64,000 nucleotides of DNA from Escherichia coli (GTDB lineage: Bacteria > Pseudomonadota > Gammaproteobacteria > Enterobacterales > Enterobacteriaceae): the NCBI RefSeq assembly GCF_022846255.1, contig NZ_AP025682.1, one strand, 5' to 3'. Shown piece after piece: positions 10,906 through 23,185 of the stretch. The notes beneath the pieces are model-generated. The model searched no databases. It was not told the origin of the DNA and saw only the letters and a list, made by a program, of their open reading frames with translations. The translations under genes and the position numbers were made by a program. The stretch's first letter is position 1. Each line of letters opens with the position of its first letter.

Positions 10906-11212
10906 GCATAATTTCTGATATTACATAACAACATGAAAATATCTTATTTTCTGGACATTAATCAAAAAATGATTCACATGATTTAATTAAATACATGAAA
11001 TTACAGGAGGGTAAAAATATTACCGGGGGAAACAAAAGCGGACAGAAAAATGACTGTGGAATTTTCTTCTTCCGGCAGAAAATAATCGTTGTATTATATA
11101 CGTCAGCTGCCAGCCCTGATGGCTTTACATGGCTGAAATTAACAACGACAAGAGTTCGTATGGTTTGATATACCATGCACGATATTCAGGTCCACACGGG
11201 AATTAACAGAAT

Positions 11213-12570
<1,358 letters not shown>

Positions 12571-12764
12571 TCAGGTGGCCAAACTTACTGTGCCACTACA
12601 GTATTGGACTTGAAGCCCGCAGAGGAAATGAGGTGTGAGTCAGCGAATTACATAGAGGCTCGCAGCTTTATGGCTGCAATAAAGCCGGATATAAAGCTGC
12701 AACCTATCCGTCAATGTCAAAACAATGGATTCCTTGCAAACGGATGCGTTCATATAAGGTCATC

Positions 12765-13256
12765 ATGCATTCGGAAAATATTGCGGCTTACGTCGGGCTG
12801 GATGTGCATAAAGAAACGTTGGCGGTTGCTATTGCTGTACCTGAACGGCTTGGCGAAGTTCGTTATTATGGTACGATTAACAACGAAGCCTAGGCTGTAC
12901 GTCGATTATTTCAGAAATTGCAGGGACTTTACGGAAACACTCTTTCCTGCTATGAGGCTGGCCCCTGTGGTTTTGGGCTATATCATCAACTCACAGCGAT
13001 GAATATAAAATGCCAGGTTATTGCCCCTTCCCGGATACCAAAATCACCGACAGACAGAATCAAAAATGATCATCGGGACGCAATTTCTCTCGCCAGGTTA
13101 CTGCGGGCTGGAGAACTTACCCCTGTCTGGATCCCTGAGCTGACTCATGAAGCTATGCGGGATCTAATCAGAGCCCGTGCAGCAGCTAAACGAGACAGCA
13201 GAGTTGCCCGACAGCGAATTCTGAGCATGCTATTGCGAACAGACAAACTTGCCTAA
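12765..13256 (+). pseudogene. IS110-family transposase, N-terminal fragment with in-frame TAG, truncated by IS630
   Basis: MHSENIAAYVGLDVHKETLAVAIA...YEAGPCGFGLYHQL (IS110 DEDD N-terminal domain); in-frame TAG at 12891-12893; ends at the IS630 insertion. Confidence 0.65.
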
Positions 13257-13289
13257 GGCCTCATACTCTTCCTGGCTCTGGATGCCATC

Positions 13290-14450
13290 GGTGATATTTC
13301 TTAATGCACCAATCACCCTAAATAACTGCTCCTAATATCGCTACACTTTAGCCAGCCCATGTTTCCCACCGGGGAATGGGCTAACGGTATCCATAAAGTG
13401 ACGAACCTTTTTCAACAGTTGCCACATTAAACGGCACTGGTGATTTCGGGTTATTGTCTCATGAAGCGCCTGCCACAACCGTTCCACATGATTGACCCAC
13501 GGTGAGTAAACCGGCTGATAAATGACCCTGAACTTCGGGTTTGCTTTCAGCCAGCGCAACGTTTCACGGCTTTTGTGGATGATGTAGTTATCGACAATGA
13601 GCGTAATCGTTTTTGCCCGCCGGTGTGTCGCCTTCATATATTTTAACAGACTGATAAATAAGGACGAACCTTTACTGTTTCCACCAACGTAGCTGACTTT
13701 TCCCGTACCGCTGTGCAGCGCACCGGCGAGATAGTACTTTTCATTCTGGCCCGGCGTGACCACGCGCTTTTGCTGCCCACGTAGCTGCCAGTCTGCGCCA
13801 GTTTTGGGATTGAGGTGAATATCCACTTCATCTTCGTAAAACACGGGGTTTTCCGCACTGCATTTCGCCAGTGCTTCATGGATAGCGACCATTTTTTCTT
13901 CTTTGTGTGGGTCACGGATACGCAGTGTCGGCGCGGCTCTGCGCCATACCAGTCCGGCTGCAGGTAACCACCGCCGGATGGTTGAAGCATATAGTGGACA
14001 ACCGGTGACCTCACGGATTTTTATCGCCAGCAGTTCAGTACTCCAGCGGGAACGCTGATAACCGAAATCACCGGGAGAATGCTTAATAAGCTCACGCAGC
14101 AATGTGCAAATATGTTCGAACGGCCAGCGTCTCCCACGTCCTGACGGTAATGACTTCAGGCCTTCAGCACCGGACAGCGTGAACCAGTTAATCCAGCGAC
14201 CAATCGATGAGCGGGCACAGCAGAGCGTTCTGGCAACATGACAGACGGTGTCACCACGATGCAGCATCAGTATGGCGGTGAGCCGGCGGGCGTGGTTTTT
14301 GTCCTTTGTTTTATGGGTAGTTTTCTGCATCAGGCGTCGTTCGGTTCTGGGTATTGGTGCTATGATCGGCATTGCTCAGTCCGGCTGGTGATTTGGGATA
14401 TTCAGCGATTGATCAGATCGCATAAACCGGACTGAGTTCCCCCTGAGTGA
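13290..14450 (-). mobile_element. IS630-family insertion sequence (approximate ends)
   Basis: Encodes a 343-aa IS630-type transposase; boundaries estimated from the expected element length. Confidence 0.6.
13341..14372 (-). CDS. IS630-family transposase
   Basis: 343 aa; N-terminal HTH and C-terminal DDE region (VDNYIIHKS...YQPVYSPWVNHVERLW) as recalled for IS630. Confidence 0.8.
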   Translation of the reverse strand: MPIIAPIPRTERRLMQKTTHKTKDKNHARRLTAILMLHRGDTVCHVARTLCCARSSIGRWINWFTLSGAEGLKSLPSGRGRRWPFEHICTLLRELIKHSPGDFGYQRSRWSTELLAIKIREVTGCPLYASTIRRWLPAAGLVWRRAAPTLRIRDPHKEEKMVAIHEALAKCSAENPVFYEDEVDIHLNPKTGADWQLRGQQKRVVTPGQNEKYYLAGALHSGTGKVSYVGGNSKGSSLFISLLKYMKATHRRAKTITLIVDNYIIHKSRETLRWLKANPKFRVIYQPVYSPWVNHVERLWQALHETITRNHQCRLMWQLLKKVRHFMDTVSPFPGGKHGLAKV

Positions 14451-14654
14451 TCTACTATTCCGAGCAGTTATTTAGAAAGCAAACCGCCAGTAGATAAACC
14501 TGCCATTAAAGCTGTACCCTCAAGTTGATGCTGAAACGAAATAGGCATCTTGGTTGTGGTGTTTGTAACAAACTATCAGATACAAAAATATGCTCAATTT
14601 GTGACATCAGTAACAAAACGCGTTTTGTTATGTGGATTGCTTGTTTTTTGATCT

Positions 14655-14677
14655 GGTATAACAGGTATAAAGGTATA
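14655..14677 (+). promoter_or_regulatory. NanR operator (three direct GGTATA repeats)
   Basis: GGTATAacaGGTATAaaGGTATA, the same pattern as the recalled E. coli nanA operator; about 410 bp upstream of the nanX-like start. Confidence 0.6.
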
Positions 14678-15087
14678 CAGAAAAGCAAAGAAATACTGCA
14701 AAGGAAAACAGCTATAACGTAAGCTAACGTAATAACCTCTCAGTCTTTCCTCATTTGACTATGGGAGTTTTATTCAACCTGAACGGACTACGAAAATGAG
14801 CACAATGAATAAGTCAATTTTTGAAGCAGGGTTGAACTGTGCCAGTGGTGGAATATCTGGCGAACATTTTTTTTGATGGTGACCCAAAACTGAAGGTGGG
14901 TATCAGTTTTATCTTTCATAGAGTGAAATATGTTAAGAAGAAATGGAGGAAAAGATTGTACTGATTAGGTATTGATAACAATTAATAGTACTGGCGTATT
15001 TGAAGACAATATAATTATTGCTGGATATTGTTGAGGCTCCCTAATATTTACTTTAAGAGCTGTATTAGAATAACACAGGAAACAAAT

Positions 15088-16305
15088 ATGGCAACAGTAT
15101 GGTATAAACAAGTTAATCCACCACAACGGAAAGCTCTTTTTTCTGCATGGCTTGGATACGTATTTGATGGCTTTGATTTTATGATGATATTTTACATTCT
15201 TCATATTATAAAAGCAGATCTTGGCATTACGGATATTCAGGCCACTTTAATAGGGACAGTGGCCTTCATAGCCAGACCTATTGGGGGCGGTTTTTTTGGT
15301 GCCATGGCTGATAAATATGGGCGTAAGCCAATGATGATGTGGGCAATTATCATTTACTCAGTCGGAACAGGCCTTAGCGGTATTGCTACAAACTTATATA
15401 TGCTCGCAGTTTGCCGTTTTATTGTTGGCTTAGGGATGTCTGGTGAATATGCATGTGCTTCAACTTATGCGGTAGAAAGTTGGCCTAAAAATCTTCAATC
15501 TAAAGCTAGTGCTTTTTTGGTAAGTGGTTTTTCTGTTGGAAATATTATTGCGGCACAAATAATCCCTCAGTTTGCTGAAGTATATGGATGGAGAAACTCT
15601 TTTTTTATAGGCCTGTTACCAGTTTTACTAGTTCTTTGGATCAGAAAAAGTGCTCCAGAAAGTCAGGAGTGGATTGAAGATAAATATAAGGATAAATCAA
15701 CATTTTTGTCTGTCTTCAGAAAACCACATCTTTCAATCTCTATGATCGTTTTCCTCGTCTGTTTTTGTCTATTTGGTGCAAACTGGCCGATAAACGGACT
15801 ACTTCCTTCCTACCTAGCAGATAATGGAGTTAATACAGTGGTTATTTCAACTCTGATGACAATAGCAGGTTTAGGAACACTGACAGGTACAATATTTTTT
15901 GGTTTTGTTGGTGATAAGATTGGTGTAAAAAAAGCCTTTGTAGTCGGTCTAATAACTTCATTTATTTTCCTTTGTCCTCTTTTTTTTATTTCTGTGAAAA
16001 ACTCTTCTCTTATAGGATTATGTCTCTTTGGATTAATGTTTACAAATTTAGGTATTGCAGGGTTGGTTCCAAAATTTATATATGATTACTTTCCAACAAA
16101 ATTAAGAGGATTAGGGACCGGTCTTATTTATAACTTAGGGGCAACTGGAGGAATGGCCGCACCTGTATTAGCTACATACATTTCAGGATATTATGGCTTA
16201 GGTGTTTCATTATTCATTGTTACGGTTGCATTCTCTGCCTTATTAATTTTGTTAGTTGGTTTTGATATTCCAGGTAAAATTTATAAACTGTCCGTGGCTA
16301 AATAA
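15088..16305 (+). CDS. nanX: MFS transporter, NanT paralog (YjhB/NanX-like)
   Basis: MATVWYKQVNPPQRKALFSAWLGYVFDGFDF... closely resembles NanT/YjhB; ATG at 15088 with AGGA RBS; low-GC segment. Confidence 0.75.
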   Translation: MATVWYKQVNPPQRKALFSAWLGYVFDGFDFMMIFYILHIIKADLGITDIQATLIGTVAFIARPIGGGFFGAMADKYGRKPMMMWAIIIYSVGTGLSGIATNLYMLAVCRFIVGLGMSGEYACASTYAVESWPKNLQSKASAFLVSGFSVGNIIAAQIIPQFAEVYGWRNSFFIGLLPVLLVLWIRKSAPESQEWIEDKYKDKSTFLSVFRKPHLSISMIVFLVCFCLFGANWPINGLLPSYLADNGVNTVVISTLMTIAGLGTLTGTIFFGFVGDKIGVKKAFVVGLITSFIFLCPLFFISVKNSSLIGLCLFGLMFTNLGIAGLVPKFIYDYFPTKLRGLGTGLIYNLGATGGMAAPVLATYISGYYGLGVSLFIVTVAFSALLILLVGFDIPGKIYKLSVAK

Positions 16306-16316
16306 TTGGAGGCTTT

Positions 16317-17435
16317 ATGATTAATTATGGCGTTGTTGGTGTTGGATACTTTGGCGCTGAATTAGCTCGTTTTATGAATATGCATGATAATGCAAAAATC
16401 ACATGTGTATACGATCCTGAAAATGGAGAAAATATTGCCCGTGAATTGCAGTGTATCAATATGTCAAGCTTGGATGCTTTAGTCTCAAGTAAATTAGTCG
16501 ATTGCGTGATCGTAGCCACCCCAAATTATCTGCATAAAGATCCAGTAATTAAAGCAGCAAAGAATAAGAAGCATGTTTTTTGTGAAAAACCAATTGCATT
16601 AAGTTATGAAGATTGTGTGGATATGGTCAAAGCGTGTAAAGAAGCTGGTGTGACCTTTATGGCTGGGCATATTATGAATTTTTTCAACGGGGTTCAATAT
16701 GCACGGAAGTTAATTAAAGAAGGTGTTATCGGCGAAATATTATCATGTCATACCAAGAGAAATGGCTGGGAAAACAAACAAGAGAGACTTTCCTGGAAAA
16801 AGATGAAAGAACAATCTGGTGGACATCTATATCATCATATACATGAGTTAGATTGTGTTCAGCATTTACTTGGAGAAATACCAGAGACGGTTACTATGAT
16901 TGGTGGAAATTTGGCCCATTCTGGTCCAGGATTTGGCAATGAAGATGATATGTTATTTATGACATTGGAATTCCCGTCAGGAAAACTAGCAACCTTAGAG
17001 TGGGGGAGTGCATTTAACTGGCCGGAACATTATGTCATCATCAATGGAACTAAAGGCTCTATTAAAATTGATATGCAAGAAACAGCAGGGTCACTTAGGA
17101 TTGGCGGTCAGACAAAGCATTTTTTGGTCCATGAAACACAAGAAGAAGATGATGATCGTCGGAAAGGCAATATGACCTCAGAAATGGATGGCGCTATAGC
17201 ATATGGTCATCCTGGAAAAAAAACACCATTATGGCTTGCCAGTTTAATAAGAAAGGAGACGTTATTCCTCCATAATATCCTCAGTGGTGCAAAACCTGAA
17301 GAAGATTATATTGACCTTCTCAATGGTGAGGCGGCCATGTCGGCGATTGCTACTGCTGATGCTGCCACTCTTTCAAGATCGCAGGACAGGAAAGTGAAAA
17401 TCAGTGAGATCATTAAACATACATCAGTAATGTAA
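16317..17435 (+). CDS. nanY: Gfo/Idh/MocA-family oxidoreductase (YjhC/NanY-like)
   Basis: MINYGVVGVGYFGAELARFM Rossmann N-terminus; GGAGG RBS; follows nanX-like by 11 bp. Confidence 0.75.
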   Translation: MINYGVVGVGYFGAELARFMNMHDNAKITCVYDPENGENIARELQCINMSSLDALVSSKLVDCVIVATPNYLHKDPVIKAAKNKKHVFCEKPIALSYEDCVDMVKACKEAGVTFMAGHIMNFFNGVQYARKLIKEGVIGEILSCHTKRNGWENKQERLSWKKMKEQSGGHLYHHIHELDCVQHLLGEIPETVTMIGGNLAHSGPGFGNEDDMLFMTLEFPSGKLATLEWGSAFNWPEHYVIINGTKGSIKIDMQETAGSLRIGGQTKHFLVHETQEEDDDRRKGNMTSEMDGAIAYGHPGKKTPLWLASLIRKETLFLHNILSGAKPEEDYIDLLNGEAAMSAIATADAATLSRSQDRKVKISEIIKHTSVM

Positions 17436-17904
17436 AAACTATACGCCTCTTGATTTAATTCAGGAGGCCTTTTATGTATGATCAAGAATTTTATCTTCGA
17501 TAATCTCATAATTTTAGCAGCGCCATTTATGATAAAAAATCTCTTAAAACCAATCTAATCTTTTTCTTCCTCTGTGTATTTGTTCCCCGTATGGCGTCAT
17601 AATTTATGCATACGTAATGCGGGATAGTTACAATATGCAGCGATAGCGCTAAGTTTTAGTTAAAATCCCCCATTAGCGGGATATGGGGATCTCTGGGAGG
17701 TTCAGGTTTTAGCATCGCGACTTTAATACGACAGACGCTGGTGACGATGATGACAAGCAGTGACTCTTCCGAATAAGGTTCCCACTGACTAATTGGAGCG
17801 CGCTTCGCAATAACATCTCCTTCGCCCAGTATTGGGAAAAGTAGATACGTTCAAACAGTGTACGCTGTTTCGTCTCACAGTTCACGAGATTGATGATCGA
17901 TGAA

Positions 17905-18020
17905 CAGGCAATATAAACCTTGCAGTGGCGATCGAGCATTACAATGAAAACCATCCGCATAGTGCGTTGGGTTATCGCTCTCCGCGAGAATATCGACGTC
18001 AGCGGGTAATGTTAACTTAA
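17905..18020 (+). pseudogene. IS3-family transposase C-terminal remnant
   Basis: Translation ...[34 protein letters not shown] matches the conserved end of the IS3 OrfB integrase core; no N-terminal portion. Confidence 0.55.
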
Positions 18021-18572
18021 GATACAGCCCCTGTCTGGAAATAAGGGGGCAAGAACACCCGCATCGGTAACTATTATGACTCTGGCCACAGGGTTTACAG
18101 CCTCGGCAAGGGCATCTGGGAAGTTTTTTTGTATCTGCGAGTTCTGCTGTTTTTCTGACGGGACTACCCAGCTTAACAGGGGAAGCGAGCATCCATCGCA
18201 GAGCAGGCTGGCGCGGAGCACATGATGCTCCTGAGATGAATATCCACTCCAGTCAACGGCGATGACACAAAGAGATAGCTGGCTAGTCAGCATGGCAATA
18301 ATATTACTGAAAATCGGTGGGATATCGCGGTGAAGAGATTCATTACCGAGCAGTCGGTCAACGCGTTTGATTTTATTTTTGACCCGAGCCAAGCCGGGTA
18401 AATAACGCCCGATGCTGGTCAACGTCAGTGATGCGCCATTGATGAGAGCGATGGTGGCATCCAGCAAAGCATTTTGTCGGTATTTGCGAAACGGTGCTAA
18501 CGCATCGTGGAAAAAATTCTGACATACTTGTCGAGCAGGCATAGAAGCGATCTCATTGAATTGGTTGCACAA
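18012..18572 (-). pseudogene. IS4-family (IS10-like) transposase N-terminal fragment
   Basis: LTLTSIGRYLPGLARVKNKIKRVDRLLGNESLH...VIAVDWSGY...VIIVTDAGV parallels the IS10 transposase N-terminus; 186 aa only. Confidence 0.55.
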
Positions 18573-18665
18573 ATCAGTAGATCACAAAACTCTATGCCTG
18601 TCTTTTTTACCCGCCCATTACTAGGGATTCCTCAGCGCTAACTGAGGGCGGGATTTCTACTTCTA

Positions 18666-18986
18666 TTATTCAGGCCATGCCAATCCATCACTGAATTTTT
18701 TATGCCAATATTTTCTTGAGTAAAAATCATCCCTGTCCAGATGATATATTAAATCTTGTATCCTTTTGCCTGGCTTATATTCATATTTGTATAACATAGT
18801 AGCAAGTTCAGATTGCATACGAAAGAGGTCATCAAATAGAGGCTGTGCATTATCAAAATTGGTGCTTCCGATCTGATGAACTAACGATTCAATACACTCC
18901 TCATACAACCGAAGGTTACGTTTTATTGATAAAACAACATCTCGATACATCTCAAGATCTCGTTGAAATTCAGGCCAAATATCCAT
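18666..18986 (-). CDS. Hypothetical protein, possible immunity protein of an orphan toxin module
   Basis: 106-aa ORF directly downstream of a toxin-like fragment and a TpsB pseudogene; the functional call is positional only. Confidence 0.3.
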   Translation of the reverse strand: MDIWPEFQRDLEMYRDVVLSIKRNLRLYEECIESLVHQIGSTNFDNAQPLFDDLFRMQSELATMLYKYEYKPGKRIQDLIYHLDRDDFYSRKYWHKKFSDGLAWPE

Positions 18987-19006
18987 TTACCTCCTCTTTT
19001 TATTTA

Positions 19007-19641
19007 ACCTTGACTGGTTGAATATGACCAACTTGTCCCGTTTTCGGGTTATAGATCATTTCAAGACCTGCACCTTCATATCTTAAGTAGCCAGGTGCGC
19101 CTCTAGGATCCGGCTCAACTTTTGGATTGCTATTCAAAACTTCTCTTGCTTGCACGAATGGCGCAGGTCTGCCTTGCTCTCATAATTTCTCATAATAACT
19201 TTTGCTGAATTTCATTCCATCTACAGTATAAAAATCACCATCAAAGGATATCTTTTTCCCAATACCAAGGTAGCTTAATTTATTTGATGCAGCTTGCCCT
19301 ATAAGAGGCGTTGCCGAAGCCGCAATGATCTCCAAGCCCTGCTTTGTTTCGGTGTAGCTTTCTGCGGTCTGACGATCCCCCCCTTTGGTGACCATGAAAT
19401 AGTTAATCATGGCGTTTTTCACCTGCTGCTGATTCTGTGCATCAACACTGGTGATATCGAGGAGATTGACTATCTGACCATACGCATCAGCGTATTGCTG
19501 GCTGTATTTCGAGTTATAAGGGCCATCTTCGTACCCTTCTTTCGACGCAATAACTTTCAGTCTTGCGCTGGCACACGCTGAACTAACCGCCGTTATTACC
19601 GGAGATATACTGCTCCTTAAAGCCACGCACTGAACTCTCAC
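19007..19641 (-). pseudogene. Toxin-like C-terminal fragment (possible CdiA-CT/polymorphic toxin remnant) with in-frame TGA
   Basis: ...FSKSYYEKL-TGA-EQGRPAPFVQAREVLNSNPKVEPDPRGAPGYLRYEGAGLEMIYNPKTGQVGHIQPVKVK*; in-frame TGA at 19180-19182; next to a TpsB fragment. Confidence 0.3.
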
Positions 19642-20997
19642 CCCCGAGGCTCAGTTGTTCCACACCATGAAGACGGTCCGGTGACCACTGGGCATAAGCG
19701 CTGGTCAGCCACCACACACTGTCCGTGACGGGGCGCTGAAAACTGGCGCTTAATGACCATTTCCGGAGCTGATTTACGGGCAGGTCTCCCCTTTTCCCGT
19801 GGTCGCTTTCTGCGCCGAACCAGGGCATCCCCCGTGTGAATACCGGATTCAGTGTTCCGCCCCCCCCCCCAGAAACTTGTGTGTGTGATTCAGCCCGACA
19901 GAAAATGAAGTGAGTTTACGGCTGCTGCCCTGAAGCAGAACATCATCCAGATAATTGTGAATAATGCGGTGCTGCAGACCTCCGGTCAGTGCTGTCTTCA
20001 TGTCCCCGTTACGGAACAGGACATGCGACAGTCCCAGCCGGTGAGTCTGCATGTCTCCCGTGGAACGCCACAGCCAGCCCCGGTTATCTATGGTGCTGAG
20101 GTAGTCACTCCATGAATACGTGTAATCCACCAGGGTATAGCCATACGGCAGACTGACACCGGCGGCAAAATTCCTCGCATCATGTGACACCGAAAAGTCA
20201 CTGCTCCGTCCCCCGCTGACAAACCAGTTGTCAGCCAGCCCCAGCGGATTATTAAAAGAAAGGACACCATTTAACTGCCCCGTACCGGTATTCTTCTGTC
20301 CGCTGTTGTCGATGCCCACGCTCCCTGTGACAGGCCATTACGGCGATGCCGTCAGTGTCACCACCGACCATCCCTCACGGTCACCGGGCGATATTTCAAT
20401 CTGTACCGGCTCCGTACGCAGACGGTTAATCTGCTCCATCCCCTGCTCAATATCCCGCAGGTTCAGAACATTCCCCTCCATTCCCGGGAAAACCATCTTC
20501 AGGGTGCGGGCAGGAAGGTCAGCGCCTTCCGCCCGGATTTGCTGCAGCCTGCCTTCCATGACCGTTATGTGCAGTACGCCCCCTGAAAGGTCCTGCTCTG
20601 TCAGAAAGGCCCGGCTGGTGATATATCCCCGGCGTATATAGCCGTCCGTCACGGCATCCGTGACTGCGGTCAGCCCCGTGATATTCAGACACTGATTCAC
20701 CCACGGTGCCACCAGTCTGTCGGTTTCTGCAGACGTCAGTCGGGTGGCCCCACTGACAACAATGCGTGACACCGTAAAGCAGGGACCTTCAGTACCGGCA
20801 GACGTTTCCGGAGACGGAGTGATGGTCAGCGGCGCACTACGCTCCAGCGCATCACGCTGGCGCTGGTTTTCATCCAGCAACTGCTGCTGTTGCTGCTGAA
20901 TTGCACTGCGGTCACCCGGAGACAGCATGGCTGCCGGAGACGAAAATGCGGGGATAAAAAAAACAGAAAAACGGAGAGGGAGAGATAGCATATCCAC
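19583..20997 (-). pseudogene. TpsB/CdiB-family two-partner-secretion transporter, disrupted in at least two places
   Basis: N-terminal POTRA region (CFTVSRIVVSGATRL...RGYITSRAFLTEQDLSGGVLHITVMEGRLQQIR) and beta-barrel fragments split across three frames (20338-20997, 19849-20319, 19583-19828). Confidence 0.7.
19860..19870 (+). repeat. Homopolymeric C11 tract (G11 on the coding strand) at a frame break inside the TpsB gene
   Basis: Run of 11 C at 19860-19870, coinciding with the break between ORF fragments 19849-20319 and 19583-19828. Confidence 0.8.
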
Positions 20998-21068
20998 GGA
21001 GATATTCGCCGGAGCATATCACAACTGAGGTGTACTGGCAATAGCGGACACTACCACTTGTTCTTTTT

Positions 21069-21964
21069 TTAAGCAGCCATCTGATGATATTTTTCCCTGA
21101 AGGCTGCCGGGGAGATATTCCCCAGACGAGAGTGACGACGCTGACGATTGTAGAAAATCTCAATGTATTCCCGTATTACTGAGATGGCTTCATCCCGGTT
21201 ATTAAAACGATAGTGGCTCAGGCTCTCATTTTTCAGCGTTCCCCAGAAGCTTTCCATCGGAGCGTTGTCGTAACAGTTACCTTTACGCGACATTGATGTT
21301 TTCAGACCAAACTGCTCCTGTATGACCCGGTAATCGTATGCGCAGTACTGTGAACCTCGATCAGAGTGGTGGATTAGCCCGGCAGGTGGGCGCTGGCTCC
21401 TGAGCGCCATAAACAGGGCTTTACCTGTCAGCTCTTTTGTCATGCGCTCTCCCATGGCGTAGCCGACAATTTCGCACGTATAAACATCTTTGATGCCAGC
21501 GAGGTACAACCATCCCTCCTGTGTGGCAACATACGTCAGGTCCGCCACCCAGACCTAATTTGGTGCTGTAGGAGCGAACGTCTGGTTCAGCAGATTTGGC
21601 GCAACTGGCAGATTGTGGTTCGAGTTCGTAGTCGCTCTGAACTTGCGTTTCTGCTTACAGCGTAGCCTTAGCTCCTTACGAAGACGTGCCAGTCGGTCTC
21701 GACCAACGATGATGCCATTCTCTGCCAGCTCTGTCTGGAGCCGCCGGGTTCCATATGTTTCGCGAGTGCGGATATGTGCCACCTTAATCTCCAGTTTTAG
21801 CCGCTCATCACTTTGTTTTCTGTCTGAGGGTTCATGCTGTACCCAGTTGTAATAACCGCTCCTGGATACACCAAATACCTGACACATCGCTTCAATGGGA
21901 AATTGTTGTCGCCATTGTTCGATTAACGCGTATTTTTCAGCGACTCCTGTGCAAAATACGCTGT
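21069..21964 (-). pseudogene. IS3-family transposase OrfB carrying an in-frame TAG and separated from its orfA by IS30
   Basis: DDE integrase core (HSDRGSQYCAYDY, RKGNCYDNAPMESFW); in-frame TAG between fragments 21555-21887 and 21069-21548; upstream end abuts IS30 at 21964. Confidence 0.7.
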
Positions 21965-23185
21965 TGTAGATTCAATCTGTCAATGCAACACCCCTTTCAA
22001 TTATCTCTTTCGGTGTTTTGAACTTCAGTGTCTTTCTCGGTCTGTTGTTTAGCTGAGCAGCAACCAGATCTAGTTCATGTTGAGTATATTGGGCAAGACA
22101 TGTCTTTTTAGGAAAGTACTGCCGAATTAGCCCATTTGTGTTCTCATTTGTTCCCCGCTGCCAAGGACTCTGAGGATCGCAGAAGTAAACTTTAACGCCG
22201 GTGCTGACAGTAAATTCTAGATGTCTGGCCAGTTCCATTCCTCTGTCCCATGTCAGTGATTTTCTGAGTTCTGACGGTAAACTCAGGAATTTGTCGGTAA
22301 GAGCCTGATTTACTGAGACAGAATCTTTGCCCCTGAGTCTAAGGATGATCGTATAACGTGATTTTCGGTCTACAAGTGTGGCTATATGAGAGTTTTTTGT
22401 ACCTGAGACTAAATCGCCCTCCCAATGCCCCAGAGAGCGTCTGTTATCGATATTTCGGGAACGTTCGTGAATTGGTGTTCCGTTCACTATGTTAATCGTA
22501 CCTCTTTCGCCTTTGCGGGTATGACGCCTGCCATGGCGAAGGCTATGCGACCGTCGCAGATGCTGTATATTCAGGTGGTGTAGCGCTTCACGGCTACGAA
22601 AGTACAGCGTTTTATAAATTGTCTCAGGTGATATTCGCAGCGTTTTTTGACGTGGTTTTGTTCGCCTTAACCATCCTGATATTTGCTCTGGAGACCATTT
22701 CATCTCCAGCTTTTCCAGAACAAGCTTTCGCAATGGTAAATTTTGATCCAGTAAGCACGGTTTTGGCCTTTTCGCCATTCTGTTGGCTCGGTTATTAGCA
22801 TCAACAGCTTTGTAATAGCGTCTGCCCCGATTACGCTGAACTTCACGTGAGATCGTCGAAGGACTGCGATTCAGCGCAGTAGCTATCGCACGAATGCTCA
22901 TTTTGGCTGACAAACCAGCTCGTATCTCCTCGCGCTCAGACAGTGTCAGGTGAGCTACAGCCCGCTTACGCTCATGGGGTTTTATGCCGCCAGTATCCCT
23001 TAACATAGTGAAGATCGTTCCGGGTTTTGAACCCAGGATATTCGCTATTTCACTGAAGCCTGTTCCGTTCTTCCATAGTTCAAAAACAGAGGCTTTTTCC
23101 TCTGCTGTAAATGTTCGTCTCATTCAAAAAACCTCCGCAACCCCATGTTTTCACATAACTGTTGCGTTGATCAATTGAATCTACA
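21965..23185 (-). mobile_element. IS30 (1221 bp) inserted into an IS3-family element
   Basis: Terminal inverted repeats tgtagattcaat... at both ends; element length 1221 bp; flanking 2-bp GT direct repeat; 383-aa transposase. Confidence 0.9.
21972..23123 (-). CDS. insI: IS30 transposase
   Basis: 383 aa, MRRTFTAEEKASVFELWKNGTGFSEIANILGSKPGTIFTMLRDTGG..., matching recalled IS30 InsI. Confidence 0.9.
   Translation of the reverse strand: MRRTFTAEEKASVFELWKNGTGFSEIANILGSKPGTIFTMLRDTGGIKPHERKRAVAHLTLSEREEIRAGLSAKMSIRAIATALNRSPSTISREVQRNRGRRYYKAVDANNRANRMAKRPKPCLLDQNLPLRKLVLEKLEMKWSPEQISGWLRRTKPRQKTLRISPETIYKTLYFRSREALHHLNIQHLRRSHSLRHGRRHTRKGERGTINIVNGTPIHERSRNIDNRRSLGHWEGDLVSGTKNSHIATLVDRKSRYTIILRLRGKDSVSVNQALTDKFLSLPSELRKSLTWDRGMELARHLEFTVSTGVKVYFCDPQSPWQRGTNENTNGLIRQYFPKKTCLAQYTQHELDLVAAQLNNRPRKTLKFKTPKEIIERGVALTD

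Noticed and set aside
14796..14876. 26-codon ORF (MSTMNKSIFEAGLNCASGGISGEHFF) in the nanX-like leader
   Set aside because: Too short and without recognisable RBS or conservation evidence; mentioned only as a possible leader peptide.
19860..19870. C11 homopolymer as a programmed frameshift site
   Set aside because: The TpsB gene has at least one further disruption, and homopolymers are a common sequencing error source; reported as a pseudogene feature rather than a recoding signal.
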